The notes under the pieces are model-generated. The model did no database searches. It saw only the letters and a program-made list of their open reading frames with translations, and was not told the origin of the DNA. Positions 53,132-62,695 of a stretch of DNA of 64,000 nt are shown here, one piece after another. Within the stretch, counting starts at the first letter, position 1. Each line of letters opens with the position of its first letter. This DNA comes from Escherichia phage KKP 3954. The DNA is taken from the sequence record OR067838.1; one strand, given 5' to 3'. The position numbers were made by a program, and so were the translations under genes.

Positions 53132-53809
53132 CTATTTAATGTTCAATCTAGCACACAAGCGAGAAACAGTTTTAGCATCCCACTTACCACCACGTGCTGT
53201 TGCGATTTTCTTACTATTGAATTTTTCAGCAATAGTTTTGTAAGGTGTATTTAAATCTCTAAGGATTTCTAAGCGTTCACGGAATGTCTCTGCAAAAGCG
53301 TCTGCTTTAACAGAATTGTATTCCATTTTTCCTTTTCTACGTGCAGCAGCAGTTTTAGGATTAGCACTGCCTAATAAAACACCTTTGCTTTTTGCTACAG
53401 CAAGACCCTTTTTAATACGATCAGCAATACCTCTAACTTCTTGTTCAGCCAGAACAGACAGAAGCTGTATAACCATTTTATCTGCGTCTGGCATGATGGC
53501 TATCTTAACATCGATCATTTCTAGAAGAGTTGCTACGGAGGCGTTGTTACGACCCAAGCGGTCAACTTTAGCTACCAATAAAGTTGCTCCGGTAGCTTTA
53601 CACATTTCAACCGCTTTAACCAGTTCCTTACGTTGCTTCCAATCGCCCTTACCCGAATAGTATTCAGAAAATTGACCAATAACTTCCGCATCAGGTACAG
53701 AGTCTAAGAAGTAACGGATATCGTTCTCTTGGCTCTCCATACCATATTGTGCCTCACCTTTTTTCTGTTTAGAAAGACGACTGTAAACAACAAACTTTTT
53801 CATAACCAC
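53132..53809 (-). CDS. small serine recombinase (resolvase/invertase family)
   Basis: 225 aa; catalytic VYSRLSKQ ... SQ, VAKVDRLGRN, C-terminal HTH-like region. Confidence 0.7.
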   Translation of the reverse strand: MVMKKFVVYSRLSKQKKGEAQYGMESQENDIRYFLDSVPDAEVIGQFSEYYSGKGDWKQRKELVKAVEMCKATGATLLVAKVDRLGRNNASVATLLEMIDVKIAIMPDADKMVIQLLSVLAEQEVRGIADRIKKGLAVAKSKGVLLGSANPKTAAARRKGKMEYNSVKADAFAETFRERLEILRDLNTPYKTIAEKFNSKKIATARGGKWDAKTVSRLCARLNIK

Positions 53810-53873
53810 TCCTAAACCATTGCTGTATTCTCACTTTACAAAACGAATAAACACTTGTCAAGGTATTTATTAT

Positions 53874-54086
53874 TTACAGCCATTCTACTCTTAAGCAGTA
53901 TTCCTCGACATGTTGTTTACGCTTGTTTTTGTCTATGTAAGTGTATTCAACAAATGTCCCAAGATAGTCCTTGTCTACATTGTGTGGGCTATTGATTGGA
54001 CATTTAGTACGACAAACCCGTTGCCACTGACGAAGAATTACGGCTTTGTTTTTAGGATCAAACGGATGAGGGTAATGTACCTTCAT
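53874..54086 (-). CDS. hypothetical protein
   Basis: 70 aa. Confidence 0.45.
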   Translation of the reverse strand: MKVHYPHPFDPKNKAVILRQWQRVCRTKCPINSPHNVDKDYLGTFVEYTYIDKNKRKQHVEEYCLRVEWL

Positions 54087-54410
54087 TCACGCCCCCTGTT
54101 TTAGTCGAAAAATATTTTGAATAACTAGAGATGTATAGTTATCACTTAGTCCCATAAGTTCTACTTCCAAGTTTCGAATATCTTCCACCGTAGGAGGATA
54201 TGTTGGTAAAAATGCTTGAGCATTGCCAGATCCAACCTCATTGCTGTAAGCAGTTGTAAAATTGTAAGATACAAAACATGAAACACCTTTTTGTCGGTAC
54301 CCGATTAATCGACGAATACACCAGATAAGAGCCAAACCTATGAGAACACCTCCTAAACCAGCTAACAAGAAGGATAAGTTTATAATAGCTTCGTTAACAA
54401 CTGCTTGCAT
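54087..54410 (-). CDS. hypothetical membrane protein
   Basis: 107 aa; N-terminal TM segment LAGLGGVLIGLALIW. Confidence 0.5.
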   Translation of the reverse strand: MQAVVNEAIINLSFLLAGLGGVLIGLALIWCIRRLIGYRQKGVSCFVSYNFTTAYSNEVGSGNAQAFLPTYPPTVEDIRNLEVELMGLSDNYTSLVIQNIFRLKQGA

Positions 54411-54420
54411 TCTTTTCTCC

Positions 54421-54720
54421 TTAGTTATGTAAACCCAAATGTGCTACAACTTCTCTACGATAAGATAACTGCATAGCAATTTTATAGCCAGGATGAAAAC
54501 CATTTACATCAATATCATCAAACCAAACCTCAAACGAACCGTGCTTAAGAGTCATTAAATTGATATACCATTCAATAGTATAATGATCGTCGGCAATACC
54601 TTCGATGTAAAATTCTCGGCAACAGTGAGATAAGTCTTCACTTGTTTCACGTTTCCAATCCTTAATAGCCCCTTTCTCTTTGGCTTTGTTCAGAATGTTG
54701 ATCAGGTCTTCAACTTGCAT
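54421..54720 (-). CDS. hypothetical protein
   Basis: 99 aa. Confidence 0.5.
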   Translation of the reverse strand: MQVEDLINILNKAKEKGAIKDWKRETSEDLSHCCREFYIEGIADDHYTIEWYINLMTLKHGSFEVWFDDIDVNGFHPGYKIAMQLSYRREVVAHLGLHN

Positions 54721-54773
54721 ATCTATCTCCTTTGTGGTTAATCTTTATATTTTAAATATTATACCGTCTTCTA

Positions 54774-55226
54774 TCAAATAGCCTCTTTCTCTAAAACAAC
54801 TCTTTGGATCACAACATCTTCAATGTTTGCCAAACAATGACCCAAAGTCAATCCTGCTTTGAAAGGTGCTTGTAGTTTGGACTCAGCTTCTACGCGAATA
54901 GAATGTTCCGCTCCGCACATGGTGTAATCTACACGGTAAACGTTTAAACCTAAGAACATAGATTCTTCTTCCTCACAACAAGGATTGAGTTCAGCCCATT
55001 CCCAAGCATCTCCTTCTAAAGCAAACGGGGTGTTGTAATTGAAGAAAGTGCAGCGCGGATACTCCCCGTTGAAAGAATCTTTCAACAAGATATATTTCTT
55101 ACCGTTTGCGTGGAAGAGTTCTCCTTTGATAACCTTGCCTACAAGGATATCACTGTTAGTAGAACGGGTGCAGATAAACTTTTTCATGATTTTCTCCTCT
55201 TTGTTTTGATGAGATGAGTATGACAA
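54774..55226 (-). CDS. hypothetical protein
   Basis: 150 aa. Confidence 0.5.
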   Translation of the reverse strand: MSYSSHQNKEEKIMKKFICTRSTNSDILVGKVIKGELFHANGKKYILLKDSFNGEYPRCTFFNYNTPFALEGDAWEWAELNPCCEEEESMFLGLNVYRVDYTMCGAEHSIRVEAESKLQAPFKAGLTLGHCLANIEDVVIQRVVLEKEAI

Positions 55227-55249
55227 AGACAGATCCTTCTGTCAACGAT

Positions 55250-55489
55250 TTATTTCCACTCGCCTTGATGTTCTTTGATCTCGTAAGAGTAGTATTCGAA
55301 CATGCTCATACAAACCACACCTGCCATTTCTAAACAAAAAGGTTTGTCATTATAGAAGGCACTTACTGCTCTTCCTGCTTTATGTGCTGCTTCTTCGGAA
55401 TCACAACCGCAAACGTTATGCACCCAAGGATCAGGGCCATCATATTTAAGACGTACAATCCACATGATCATTCTTCCATCTCGAACCAT
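55250..55489 (-). CDS. hypothetical protein
   Basis: 79 aa. Confidence 0.45.
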   Translation of the reverse strand: MVRDGRMIMWIVRLKYDGPDPWVHNVCGCDSEEAAHKAGRAVSAFYNDKPFCLEMAGVVCMSMFEYYSYEIKEHQGEWK

Positions 55490-55695
55490 TCAGGGAACAC
55501 TTTGTGGAAGACACGTGTTGTTTCTAAGAGAAATTCCAACTCTTTTTCCAAATCTGCGTTCCAACCGTTTATTTTAACACGGATTGCCAATGCACTTGCA
55601 CGGCGACTCAATTCTTGACAGATTGGATCACGCAGAACTATTGAGTCATAAAACTGACAAACAGCCTCAAGTTCATACCAGTTATAATCCGACAT
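55468..55695 (-). CDS. hypothetical protein
   Basis: 75 aa. Confidence 0.45.
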   Translation of the reverse strand: MSDYNWYELEAVCQFYDSIVLRDPICQELSRRASALAIRVKINGWNADLEKELEFLLETTRVFHKVFPEWFEMEE

Positions 55696-56021
55696 TATTC
55701 ATCCTCCTCTGCAATACGATCTCTTACCCAATTAATCCTGTCCACGTTCAGGTGACATACCTTTGCATCTGATTCTAAGACATATGCATCGTAGTTCTCA
55801 TTGAAAGGGAGTTCTTGACTCAACCCTTTGTGGTAAAACTGTGCGTGCATTTCATCTGACAAGGTTGTTATAATGGGGTTGTAATTACCTCTGTGCACAT
55901 AATCGAACAAGTTGGCACACAAACCACAATCCCGCCGAAAAGGTTTACCATCAGGAGCACCAACATCAATCCATGCTAGATAAATTTTATAAAACTCCAT
56001 CAAATCTTTACTTGTTTTCAT
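55695..56021 (-). CDS. paralog family A member 3
   Basis: 108 aa; FYKIYLAWI, GLCANL, ELPFNE, RINWVRDRI. Confidence 0.55.
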   Translation of the reverse strand: MKTSKDLMEFYKIYLAWIDVGAPDGKPFRRDCGLCANLFDYVHRGNYNPIITTLSDEMHAQFYHKGLSQELPFNENYDAYVLESDAKVCHLNVDRINWVRDRIAEEDE

Positions 56022-56092
56022 TATTTTACCTCGATCACGTTGATAAATACATCTTCACGACAATCTTTATCGTCCCCGTAGATTTGACCTAA

Positions 56093-56437
56093 TCATACAC
56101 ATGCGTTAAAGGCGGATTTTGCGGGAATTTGATATTTACGGACAGGACCATTGTCTTTTGTGTAGGAAACCTCAAAGAGACGAATAGTGTCATCCTCAAT
56201 TACATGAAACCGACCACAATCCATAATCAAAGAGATACACAGGGTATCCCCTTCTTCGTCTGTAATATAAAACAAACCTGGATTATCTATAACTTGGGAA
56301 GCTAGATACTGCTTACCCTCTTTAAGGAACTCGACAGAAGACTCTGCACATAAAAGTTTAATCATTTTTCTCCTCCTTATCTGTGTTGATAATGTATGTA
56401 TACCATACATAAAAGAAATGTCAAGGTTTATCGACAC
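56093..56437 (-). CDS. hypothetical protein
   Basis: 114 aa. Confidence 0.5.
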   Translation of the reverse strand: MSINLDISFMYGIHTLSTQIRRRKMIKLLCAESSVEFLKEGKQYLASQVIDNPGLFYITDEEGDTLCISLIMDCGRFHVIEDDTIRLFEVSYTKDNGPVRKYQIPAKSAFNACV

Positions 56438-56628
56438 AGATAGTTGTAACGATCCGCTTTATCCTCTGCTTCAGCAAAGTCAGCAATCAAGGAAGTTTTG
56501 AGTTCTTCCAACTCTTTCACCCAAGAGTCGTAATCGTTCTGTGTTTCTCCAATAGTTTGGAGAAAACAATCGTCGTAGCCAATAGACATGGCTAACTCGA
56601 TAATACGTTCCAGTTTTTCTTCCATCAC
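56428..56628 (-). CDS. hypothetical protein
   Basis: 66 aa. Confidence 0.45.
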   Translation of the reverse strand: MMEEKLERIIELAMSIGYDDCFLQTIGETQNDYDSWVKELEELKTSLIADFAEAEDKADRYNYLCR

Positions 56629-56987
56629 TTCTCTCCTTCTACAGACTTCTGTTTAACATAAAAGTAAGCACCACGAGCAAGATACAAATCATGTTCAATA
56701 TCGCTCACAGGAAAACCATCTGGATTTTTAAAACCATCTTCTACAGCCAAAATGAGAGATCGTAAACTGATAGCTAACAACTCCATTTGATCTTGTAGTT
56801 TTCTATTTTCTGCATAAAGGTTTTTGCATTTTTGTTCTGCATTTTTCCATTGTTCTAATGCGTGATCATAGTTTCGCATAAGAATAGCTTTTTCTTGTTC
56901 ACGTTTAAAGGTTTCTTCACAAATGAAACCTGTGCCTAAACCAGTTTCTTCATCTTTGACAAACATTTCAACAAAATCTTTAGACAT
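56625..56987 (-). CDS. hypothetical coiled-coil protein
   Basis: Track ORF 56625..57119; AGGAGA RBS supports start MSKDFVEMF. Confidence 0.45.
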   Translation of the reverse strand: MSKDFVEMFVKDEETGLGTGFICEETFKREQEKAILMRNYDHALEQWKNAEQKCKNLYAENRKLQDQMELLAISLRSLILAVEDGFKNPDGFPVSDIEHDLYLARGAYFYVKQKSVEGEK

Positions 56988-56988
56988 A

Positions 56989-57252
56989 TTATCTCCTATT
57001 TGCTTTTGGATACTCCCAACCCTCTGGGAGATCTTCTTTACACATCCACTCAAAAGGCCAGCGACAATAACTGTGCCACTTTCCATCGAGATACAAGCAA
57101 TCTTCATCCACTGGTCCACATGGGTTGATAACTACAACACACCCTTTCGCTCGCCAATATTGAACTATTTCAGGGTAAAAACAAGAAACGTCGGTCCACT
57201 CCCAAATACGCTCATCATTCAAACGATATGCTGCTGGCAATGTTTCTTCCAT
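56989..57252 (-). CDS. hypothetical protein (YWRxxGC motif, possible family C)
   Basis: 87 aa; IVQYWRAKGCVVV. Confidence 0.45.
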   Translation of the reverse strand: MEETLPAAYRLNDERIWEWTDVSCFYPEIVQYWRAKGCVVVINPCGPVDEDCLYLDGKWHSYCRWPFEWMCKEDLPEGWEYPKANRR

Positions 57253-57256
57253 ATTA

Positions 57257-57703
57257 TTAAACCTCTGTCAAAGAGAAACGCCAATCCTTACTACTACCTA
57301 CGCCAAGGAAGATATAGTCTCCGGTACTAACGGAAATACGCCAAGCGGGAATCCAATCAGGAATCTCTGGCTTATGGCTGTAACCATAACGATCACCATT
57401 CGAGTCTGTTGCAATATAATTAACAAATTCAGGAACATCTAAAGTTTCACCTTGATACTCTACACGCTTGAAGCCATCTTCCACTTCTTTCTCACCTTCT
57501 ACCAGACAAGCAAGAAGTTTGATGTGAGGGCAAGTGAAATCTTGTCCTGGATAACGTGAACGGATATCAGTTAACAATGCGATTACAGCATCCGATAACT
57601 CTTTATAATCCTCATATCTTACAAATGTGCCTTCTGTCGGATCATCAGGACACAAACGCCAAGCATCGTTGCAGTTTACAGCGTAATGCCTCACTTTAGT
57701 CAT
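57257..57703 (-). CDS. hypothetical protein
   Basis: 148 aa. Confidence 0.5.
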   Translation of the reverse strand: MTKVRHYAVNCNDAWRLCPDDPTEGTFVRYEDYKELSDAVIALLTDIRSRYPGQDFTCPHIKLLACLVEGEKEVEDGFKRVEYQGETLDVPEFVNYIATDSNGDRYGYSHKPEIPDWIPAWRISVSTGDYIFLGVGSSKDWRFSLTEV

Positions 57704-57713
57704 AAATCCCCCC

Positions 57714-58112
57714 TTATCGTTGCGTACAATCAGCTTCTAGAGTAAGAACATTCGTTATTGTTTTATCATTTTTTAGAAATGCAAACCAAGCTAAAGTATC
57801 TCGATACTCTGTGCGCATCATCACAACTTCGGTAGTGCCAATAAACTGCTGTGAACCGTACATAGAACTTCCATCTTTACTCTTTCCTCCTGTGTTTTGA
57901 AGAATACCGCTCATCAAAGCACCACCCGAATTTTTAAGGATAAAGGAGTTGTCTTTATTAATGACAACAGAAGCCATTTTCTTAGGACCAGAAATCACTT
58001 CACCTTTCAGATTTTTAACAACTACGTCTGATACACACTCATAAACTTGAGATGCATTCGCTGTTCCAAGAGATGCAATGAGTAACAATAAACCTACGAT
58101 AATCTTTTTCAT
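57714..58112 (-). CDS. secreted/periplasmic hypothetical protein
   Basis: 132 aa; signal peptide MKKIIVGLLLLIASLGTANA; followed by hairpin plus T-run. Confidence 0.55.
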   Translation of the reverse strand: MKKIIVGLLLLIASLGTANASQVYECVSDVVVKNLKGEVISGPKKMASVVINKDNSFILKNSGGALMSGILQNTGGKSKDGSSMYGSQQFIGTTEVVMMRTEYRDTLAWFAFLKNDKTITNVLTLEADCTQR

Positions 58113-58207
58113 ATAAACTCTCCTCTTTATTTACCCGACGCGCCCCTGTTGGGCGGAAAGGGTTATACGCAAAATTTTTAGCTCCAATCGTCGGGTGTCC
58201 CGACTCC

Positions 58208-58414
58208 TTACGCTTTTAATGTTTTAACAGAATGACAAGCTTTGCAAACCATAACTGGAACAAGTTCATCTCCATTATCCGCATAAATCACTGTTTTCTT
58301 CATTCTGCTACCACATGAACAATACACTGTATGATCTACTGGAATATTAAATATTCCGTAATCACTTTCATACTGTTTCTTACACATGGATACTGCTTTT
58401 GTAAAACAAGACAT
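58208..58414 (-). CDS. small Cys-rich protein
   Basis: 68 aa; CSCGSR ... CKACH. Confidence 0.45.
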   Translation of the reverse strand: MSCFTKAVSMCKKQYESDYGIFNIPVDHTVYCSCGSRMKKTVIYADNGDELVPVMVCKACHSVKTLKA

Positions 58415-58416
58415 AC

Positions 58417-58638
58417 CTACTCCGCAAGAACATTCACTTCGTCAGAGAAAAATACGTAATCACAACCTTCCCAAACATCTTCTTCAAACCACTCCCATCC
58501 CTCAACTTTGGACATTTCTTCTATCGTAACAAAGAATGTTGCCATATCCTCACTAACAAGATGTGCTTCAACAACAAAAGGAATCTGAACATTCTCAAAA
58601 CCAACATAACCCAATACATCACAAACTCTAATTTTCAT
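58417..58638 (-). CDS. paralog family B member 1
   Basis: 73 aa; EWFEEDVWEGCDYVFFSDE. Confidence 0.5.
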   Translation of the reverse strand: MKIRVCDVLGYVGFENVQIPFVVEAHLVSEDMATFFVTIEEMSKVEGWEWFEEDVWEGCDYVFFSDEVNVLAE

Positions 58639-58639
58639 A

Positions 58640-58840
58640 TTATGCTCCTTTGTAGATTATGTTGGTGCGTTCACACTCTGCCACCAGCAAGCGATTAGCA
58701 ATGTTGTCCATAGGAACATCAATCTCTACGCTCCAGGCGTTGATATACACTTCTTCAATCTTTGCTCCAAGCATTTGTGCGATCAAGGCAACAGCCCCAG
58801 CATATTCAAGTTTAATCTCAATTACCATTTTGCACCTCAA
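58640..58840 (-). CDS. hypothetical protein
   Basis: 66 aa. Confidence 0.45.
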   Translation of the reverse strand: MRCKMVIEIKLEYAGAVALIAQMLGAKIEEVYINAWSVEIDVPMDNIANRLLVAECERTNIIYKGA

Positions 58841-58842
58841 GG

Positions 58843-59079
58843 TTATTTATCTTGCTTGTATCTTACAAGGCGATCACACTCCAGGTCAAGAAATTTCTCC
58901 GCATTTCGTTCATGTTTGAGCACAATACATTGTTCTTTCAAGTCTGTAGCTCTTTGCTGCGCGGCTCCTGGGTCAAAATCCCAAAGCCATGCAGCGAAAA
59001 GAACCACCATAACAATTGCCAAGAAAACAAACACTATAGGCATTGCACATCCTCCTGTGTGGCATGATCTTTTACCCAT
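58843..59079 (-). CDS. hypothetical membrane protein
   Basis: 78 aa; TM segment IVFVFLAIVMVVLFAAWLW. Confidence 0.45.
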   Translation of the reverse strand: MGKRSCHTGGCAMPIVFVFLAIVMVVLFAAWLWDFDPGAAQQRATDLKEQCIVLKHERNAEKFLDLECDRLVRYKQDK

Positions 59080-59348
59080 TTTATACGAGCAGCATTCAAA
59101 TGTAGCAGCCCGTTTCTTTGTGCAAAATCATATTTAAACCAATCCCCATCATCAAACGGGTATTCTTCAGACAAACCTGCTTCGCGGAATTGCATTTGCA
59201 TTTCATAATTTAGGTCATCATAACCACCAGACCAAAGATATAGGCAGCTACATAACCCTTTATCATGCCAGAAAGGATTATTATCTGGAGCACCAGCTAA
59301 CAGCCAGTTATGATATGCCTGATAAAATTCTTTAAGTTCCTCTGACAT
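59034..59348 (-). CDS. paralog family A member 4
   Basis: 104 aa; FYQAYHNWL, GLCSCL, EYPFDD, RIKWVKDH. Confidence 0.55.
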   Translation of the reverse strand: MSEELKEFYQAYHNWLLAGAPDNNPFWHDKGLCSCLYLWSGGYDDLNYEMQMQFREAGLSEEYPFDDGDWFKYDFAQRNGLLHLNAARIKWVKDHATQEDVQCL

Positions 59349-59591
59349 TTAACCTCCTGTGTGCAGTGTTGAAAGATACACAGCAAAAGCATTCTCGGCT
59401 GTTTTCACCTCCTCTTCAAGATCTTCACGCTCTGCTGGTGTTAGTGCATTTCGCACAGCAGCGTCTGCTTCTCGGATTTTTCTTACTAAACGTGAAACAT
59501 CTTTCAGTTGTTGAAAAGTAGCCATAATCTTTCTCCTGGAATCTCTGTGATCTCCCCTTTGCGGGTTTCGAAGATGGTATCCCCTTTTCAA
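59349..59591 (-). CDS. hypothetical protein
   Basis: 80 aa. Confidence 0.45.
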   Translation of the reverse strand: MKRGYHLRNPQRGDHRDSRRKIMATFQQLKDVSRLVRKIREADAAVRNALTPAEREDLEEEVKTAENAFAVYLSTLHTGG

Positions 59592-59806
59592 TTAGTCGGA
59601 TTTTCATATCGTGCTTCCTTCAATGCGAGTAATGCGTTCACCAGATTATCAACACCTTGATCATCCAGTGCGATAACATCGAAGTTAAACCCTGTATCAG
59701 TTGGGACTTTACGTTTTATGGTGTAATAGTCTCCTTCATGACGTTCAACATACGCGTATGGGTAACTGCTGTTTGGATCATGTTTCACGCGAATAGATGT
59801 TTTCAT
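59588..59806 (-). CDS. hypothetical protein
   Basis: 72 aa. Confidence 0.45.
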   Translation of the reverse strand: MKTSIRVKHDPNSSYPYAYVERHEGDYYTIKRKVPTDTGFNFDVIALDDQGVDNLVNALLALKEARYENPTN

Positions 59807-59821
59807 GTTTTGTTCTCCTCT

Positions 59822-60121
59822 TTAGTCAAACCAGTCGTATTCAGAAGGGTAACGAGCGTAGTTTGGCTTATACCCCAGTCTTTTCATCTTAACAGACATA
59901 CGAGTGAAGCCAAAGGTTGTTTTGCCCTTAGACATAAACTTCTTCCCGCTCTTCATTGGCTTCTTAGGGTTTTTGATCGTCTGGTGTAACGCTCGCGCAA
60001 GCCACAGAGTGTATGCGCTCGGCACTTGATTAACTTTCATCTTGTTACCTTTCATCGAAACCTCCTTAGTGAACTTCGTGCCAAGTGCCAAACTCTTCTG
60101 CTGATACTTTAGGAACGGCAT
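59822..60121 (-). CDS. hypothetical basic protein
   Basis: 99 aa, Lys-rich. Confidence 0.45.
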   Translation of the reverse strand: MPFLKYQQKSLALGTKFTKEVSMKGNKMKVNQVPSAYTLWLARALHQTIKNPKKPMKSGKKFMSKGKTTFGFTRMSVKMKRLGYKPNYARYPSEYDWFD

Positions 60122-60293
60122 GAGTTTCTCGGTATTTGTTTAAAGCTTTCTCAACGGCTGTAGCAAAAACATCTTGTGATTTATGAGGCATATAATAAGA
60201 GCGCCCCATATATGCTACTGCATCACGTAATTCTTCTGCTTGCTCTTGTGTAACTGTCAATGTGATAGTAACCATTATTTCACCTCCGACCAA
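60066..60293 (-). CDS. hypothetical protein
   Basis: 75 aa. Confidence 0.4.
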   Translation of the reverse strand: MVGGEIMVTITLTVTQEQAEELRDAVAYMGRSYYMPHKSQDVFATAVEKALNKYRETHAVPKVSAEEFGTWHEVH

Positions 60294-60574
60294 TCAATAG
60301 TGATCCACTCGTATGCCCCATTCAGATCCATTTCTTTATAAACAATAAGCCCACGCTCACGAAGAATTGCTACTGCTTCATCCATCCACTTCACCTGATT
60401 GTAGATCGCCCCTGGGTGGGTAGGGGAATTATCCAGACCAAAATCAGATGGCGTGAAATTTCTTGAAGAGTTTCCCGCTCGTGCTTCAGCAAAACATGTC
60501 TCGATCACTTCTTCAACAGGGAAGTTGAAGGAAGCTTCTTTTGCAATACGGCGTAACTGTTCGGTCAGATTCAT
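60275..60574 (-). CDS. hypothetical protein
   Basis: 99 aa. Confidence 0.5.
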   Translation of the reverse strand: MNLTEQLRRIAKEASFNFPVEEVIETCFAEARAGNSSRNFTPSDFGLDNSPTHPGAIYNQVKWMDEAVAILRERGLIVYKEMDLNGAYEWITIDWSEVK

Positions 60575-60601
60575 CTTATTCTCCTTTCGTTGTGCGAAAC
60601 A

Positions 60602-61039
60602 TTATAACAGATCTAATGCTTTCAATTCTTCTTTCAATGATTCAGGCAAGTCACATTCAATGTCAATCAGGGATAACAAGTGACCAACAATGCCTTCCAG
60701 ATGTTGATACTCACTATAACTTATAAATTCAGAATTGTAAACAGAAACATCCTTAGTTTCTTTCACAACTTCCCCCGCAGACACGCACATAAAAAAGTTA
60801 CGCTCTCCGCGAGCTAACAATATCTCCCAACTTCTGAACGGATACTGTCCAGCTTCAATAATATCTCCGCTGTCCAATAAAGTCAATGAGCAAACAGACC
60901 CTGATTCACTAACATCTTCGACGCGGAAACAAGACCCTTCAATCAAAGCTGCCATTTTGAAATTTTCATCAGAGATCATAGAGAAAGCTTCACAGGCAGC
61001 TTTAGTTTTGAAACAGTAAACAGCATTAACTTTAAACAT
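60602..61039 (-). CDS. hypothetical protein
   Basis: 145 aa. Confidence 0.5.
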   Translation of the reverse strand: MFKVNAVYCFKTKAACEAFSMISDENFKMAALIEGSCFRVEDVSESGSVCSLTLLDSGDIIEAGQYPFRSWEILLARGERNFFMCVSAGEVVKETKDVSVYNSEFISYSEYQHLEGIVGHLLSLIDIECDLPESLKEELKALDLL

Positions 61040-61051
61040 AACATTCCCCTT

Positions 61052-61510
61052 TTAAACAAAAGATACGCCGATGGTAGCAACAACCAAACGTTTATAAACT
61101 TCAACCTCTTCTGTAGGATTAGCCATTTTATGCTCTGCTGCTTCTTTCAAAGCTTCTTCATAACTTTGAGATCCAGAGATACAGGTGTCACCAGTCATTA
61201 CAACATACCACTCTTCTTTTGTTGTATCAACAGGCTCTTCTTGGGGTTTTCCACGACCACCACGAACACCGCCGTCAACAAAATAATCTATATGAGCAGA
61301 ATTGATTATGTAACGATCCCCATCGCCAGCAGTGATAATACCGTCCCTCATACCTATCACAACCATTGACAAGATATTACCATTTGTATCAGTGCTCAAC
61401 ACCTCGAAAAAATTCTCTCCGATGATAGCTGCAATACTGTTATCAAAGGTAGAATATAGTCGCATATAATCCTCATCCTGGAAACGGTAGACATGACCTT
61501 CTTTAAACAT
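61052..61510 (-). CDS. hypothetical protein
   Basis: 152 aa. Confidence 0.5.
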   Translation of the reverse strand: MFKEGHVYRFQDEDYMRLYSTFDNSIAAIIGENFFEVLSTDTNGNILSMVVIGMRDGIITAGDGDRYIINSAHIDYFVDGGVRGGRGKPQEEPVDTTKEEWYVVMTGDTCISGSQSYEEALKEAAEHKMANPTEEVEVYKRLVVATIGVSFV

Positions 61511-61964
61511 TGTTCTCTCCTCCTAACCCATCATACCATTTCAAAGCGTCTTTTGGAAGCATACCAAAATCTTCTTTCAGTTCTTTTTCAATCTCTTCTT
61601 GCATTTCCATCAGCATTTTCAATTGACGAACTTTTTTGTGCATAGCCACATTCCTTTCATTAAGGTTTGTCACTACATTATTTGCACGACTCGGTGGAAA
61701 CGACAAAGGTTTCACGGGAAGATAATCTTCGATATTATCTAGCGCGTTACGAAAATTATGATCCAAGAAACGCACATCTACACGATTGTAATCGGCAGCT
61801 ACAACAGTGAACACTTTAAACGGCACATTGGATAAAGTATGTTGCACACAGACAATACCCATATTGCCTTCAATTTTACTATTAACTTCCAGCAAACCTG
61901 TATGAGCACTAACATAATCGTGAACACATTGCACATAAGCTGCCAGTATAGAGAATTGTCTCAT
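61503..61964 (-). CDS. hypothetical protein
   Basis: 153 aa. Confidence 0.5.
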   Translation of the reverse strand: MRQFSILAAYVQCVHDYVSAHTGLLEVNSKIEGNMGIVCVQHTLSNVPFKVFTVVAADYNRVDVRFLDHNFRNALDNIEDYLPVKPLSFPPSRANNVVTNLNERNVAMHKKVRQLKMLMEMQEEIEKELKEDFGMLPKDALKWYDGLGGENNV

Positions 61965-62182
61965 TTTCTACCTCCCCATAATGCTAACATTTTATTGAAA
62001 ATGGAAACGCGTCGTGCGCGAGATGCCATATCATAATTCATTCTTTCCGTCTCTGCAAGAAATTGATCTACTGTAATCAACGCTTCTGTCTTCTCTTTCA
62101 GAGTTTGCATATTCATCCATTCACATTCAGAAGTACCAATTATCGAAATACAAACTATCGAGAAGATCCATTGCTGCTTCAT
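61961..62182 (-). CDS. hypothetical protein
   Basis: 73 aa. Confidence 0.45.
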   Translation of the reverse strand: MKQQWIFSIVCISIIGTSECEWMNMQTLKEKTEALITVDQFLAETERMNYDMASRARRVSIFNKMLALWGGRK

Positions 62183-62213
62183 TCTGTTGTGGTGTGATCA
62201 TTGCACACAACCC

Positions 62214-62444
62214 TTAATAGACAATTTCATATTCGTGAGGAAAGAAAACATAATCTTCCCCTTCTCGTGCATCTATCTCGTCCCAAAACCATTCCTGCAC
62301 TTCCATCATCTTCGAGAATCGCACATGAGCAAGCCCACTGTATTCCACAGTAGCTTCCAACACAAGTGGAAATTTTGCATGTGCCAATCCTTTATAACCA
62401 CCATCATTCTCAATACGAATTTTCATGCGTTTCATGTTATGCAT
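62214..62444 (-). CDS. paralog family B member 2
   Basis: 76 aa; EWFWDEIDAREGEDYVFFPHE. Confidence 0.5.
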   Translation of the reverse strand: MHNMKRMKIRIENDGGYKGLAHAKFPLVLEATVEYSGLAHVRFSKMMEVQEWFWDEIDAREGEDYVFFPHEYEIVY

Positions 62445-62646
62445 CCTTCAGACCCTTAATAAAGTAACGACCAACCAGATTCCCTCGGAAGTATTCGTTA
62501 ATGAAATCGATAACACACGTTTCACTGCCTGTCACAACGGACGGCTTAAAGTTTTGGAATTCTACAGCTACACGGCTGGCTTTAGCCAGTGCTTGCACAC
62601 GTGTAGGATCAGTCAAGAACATTGTGACAGTTTTCAAATTCTTCAT
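62437..62646 (-). CDS. hypothetical protein
   Basis: 69 aa. Confidence 0.45.
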   Translation of the reverse strand: MKNLKTVTMFLTDPTRVQALAKASRVAVEFQNFKPSVVTGSETCVIDFINEYFRGNLVGRYFIKGLKDA

Positions 62647-62695
62647 TTCATCTCCTCATTGGCTATCTGTTATGTCATCCATTATACAAACATCT

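Noticed and set aside
53132-53809. Possibility that the serine recombinase marks a temperate phage or integrated prophage boundary
   Set aside because: The enzyme is resolvase/invertase-sized rather than a large serine integrase, no att-like repeats or host-type genes flank it, and the surrounding content is typical of a virulent phage.
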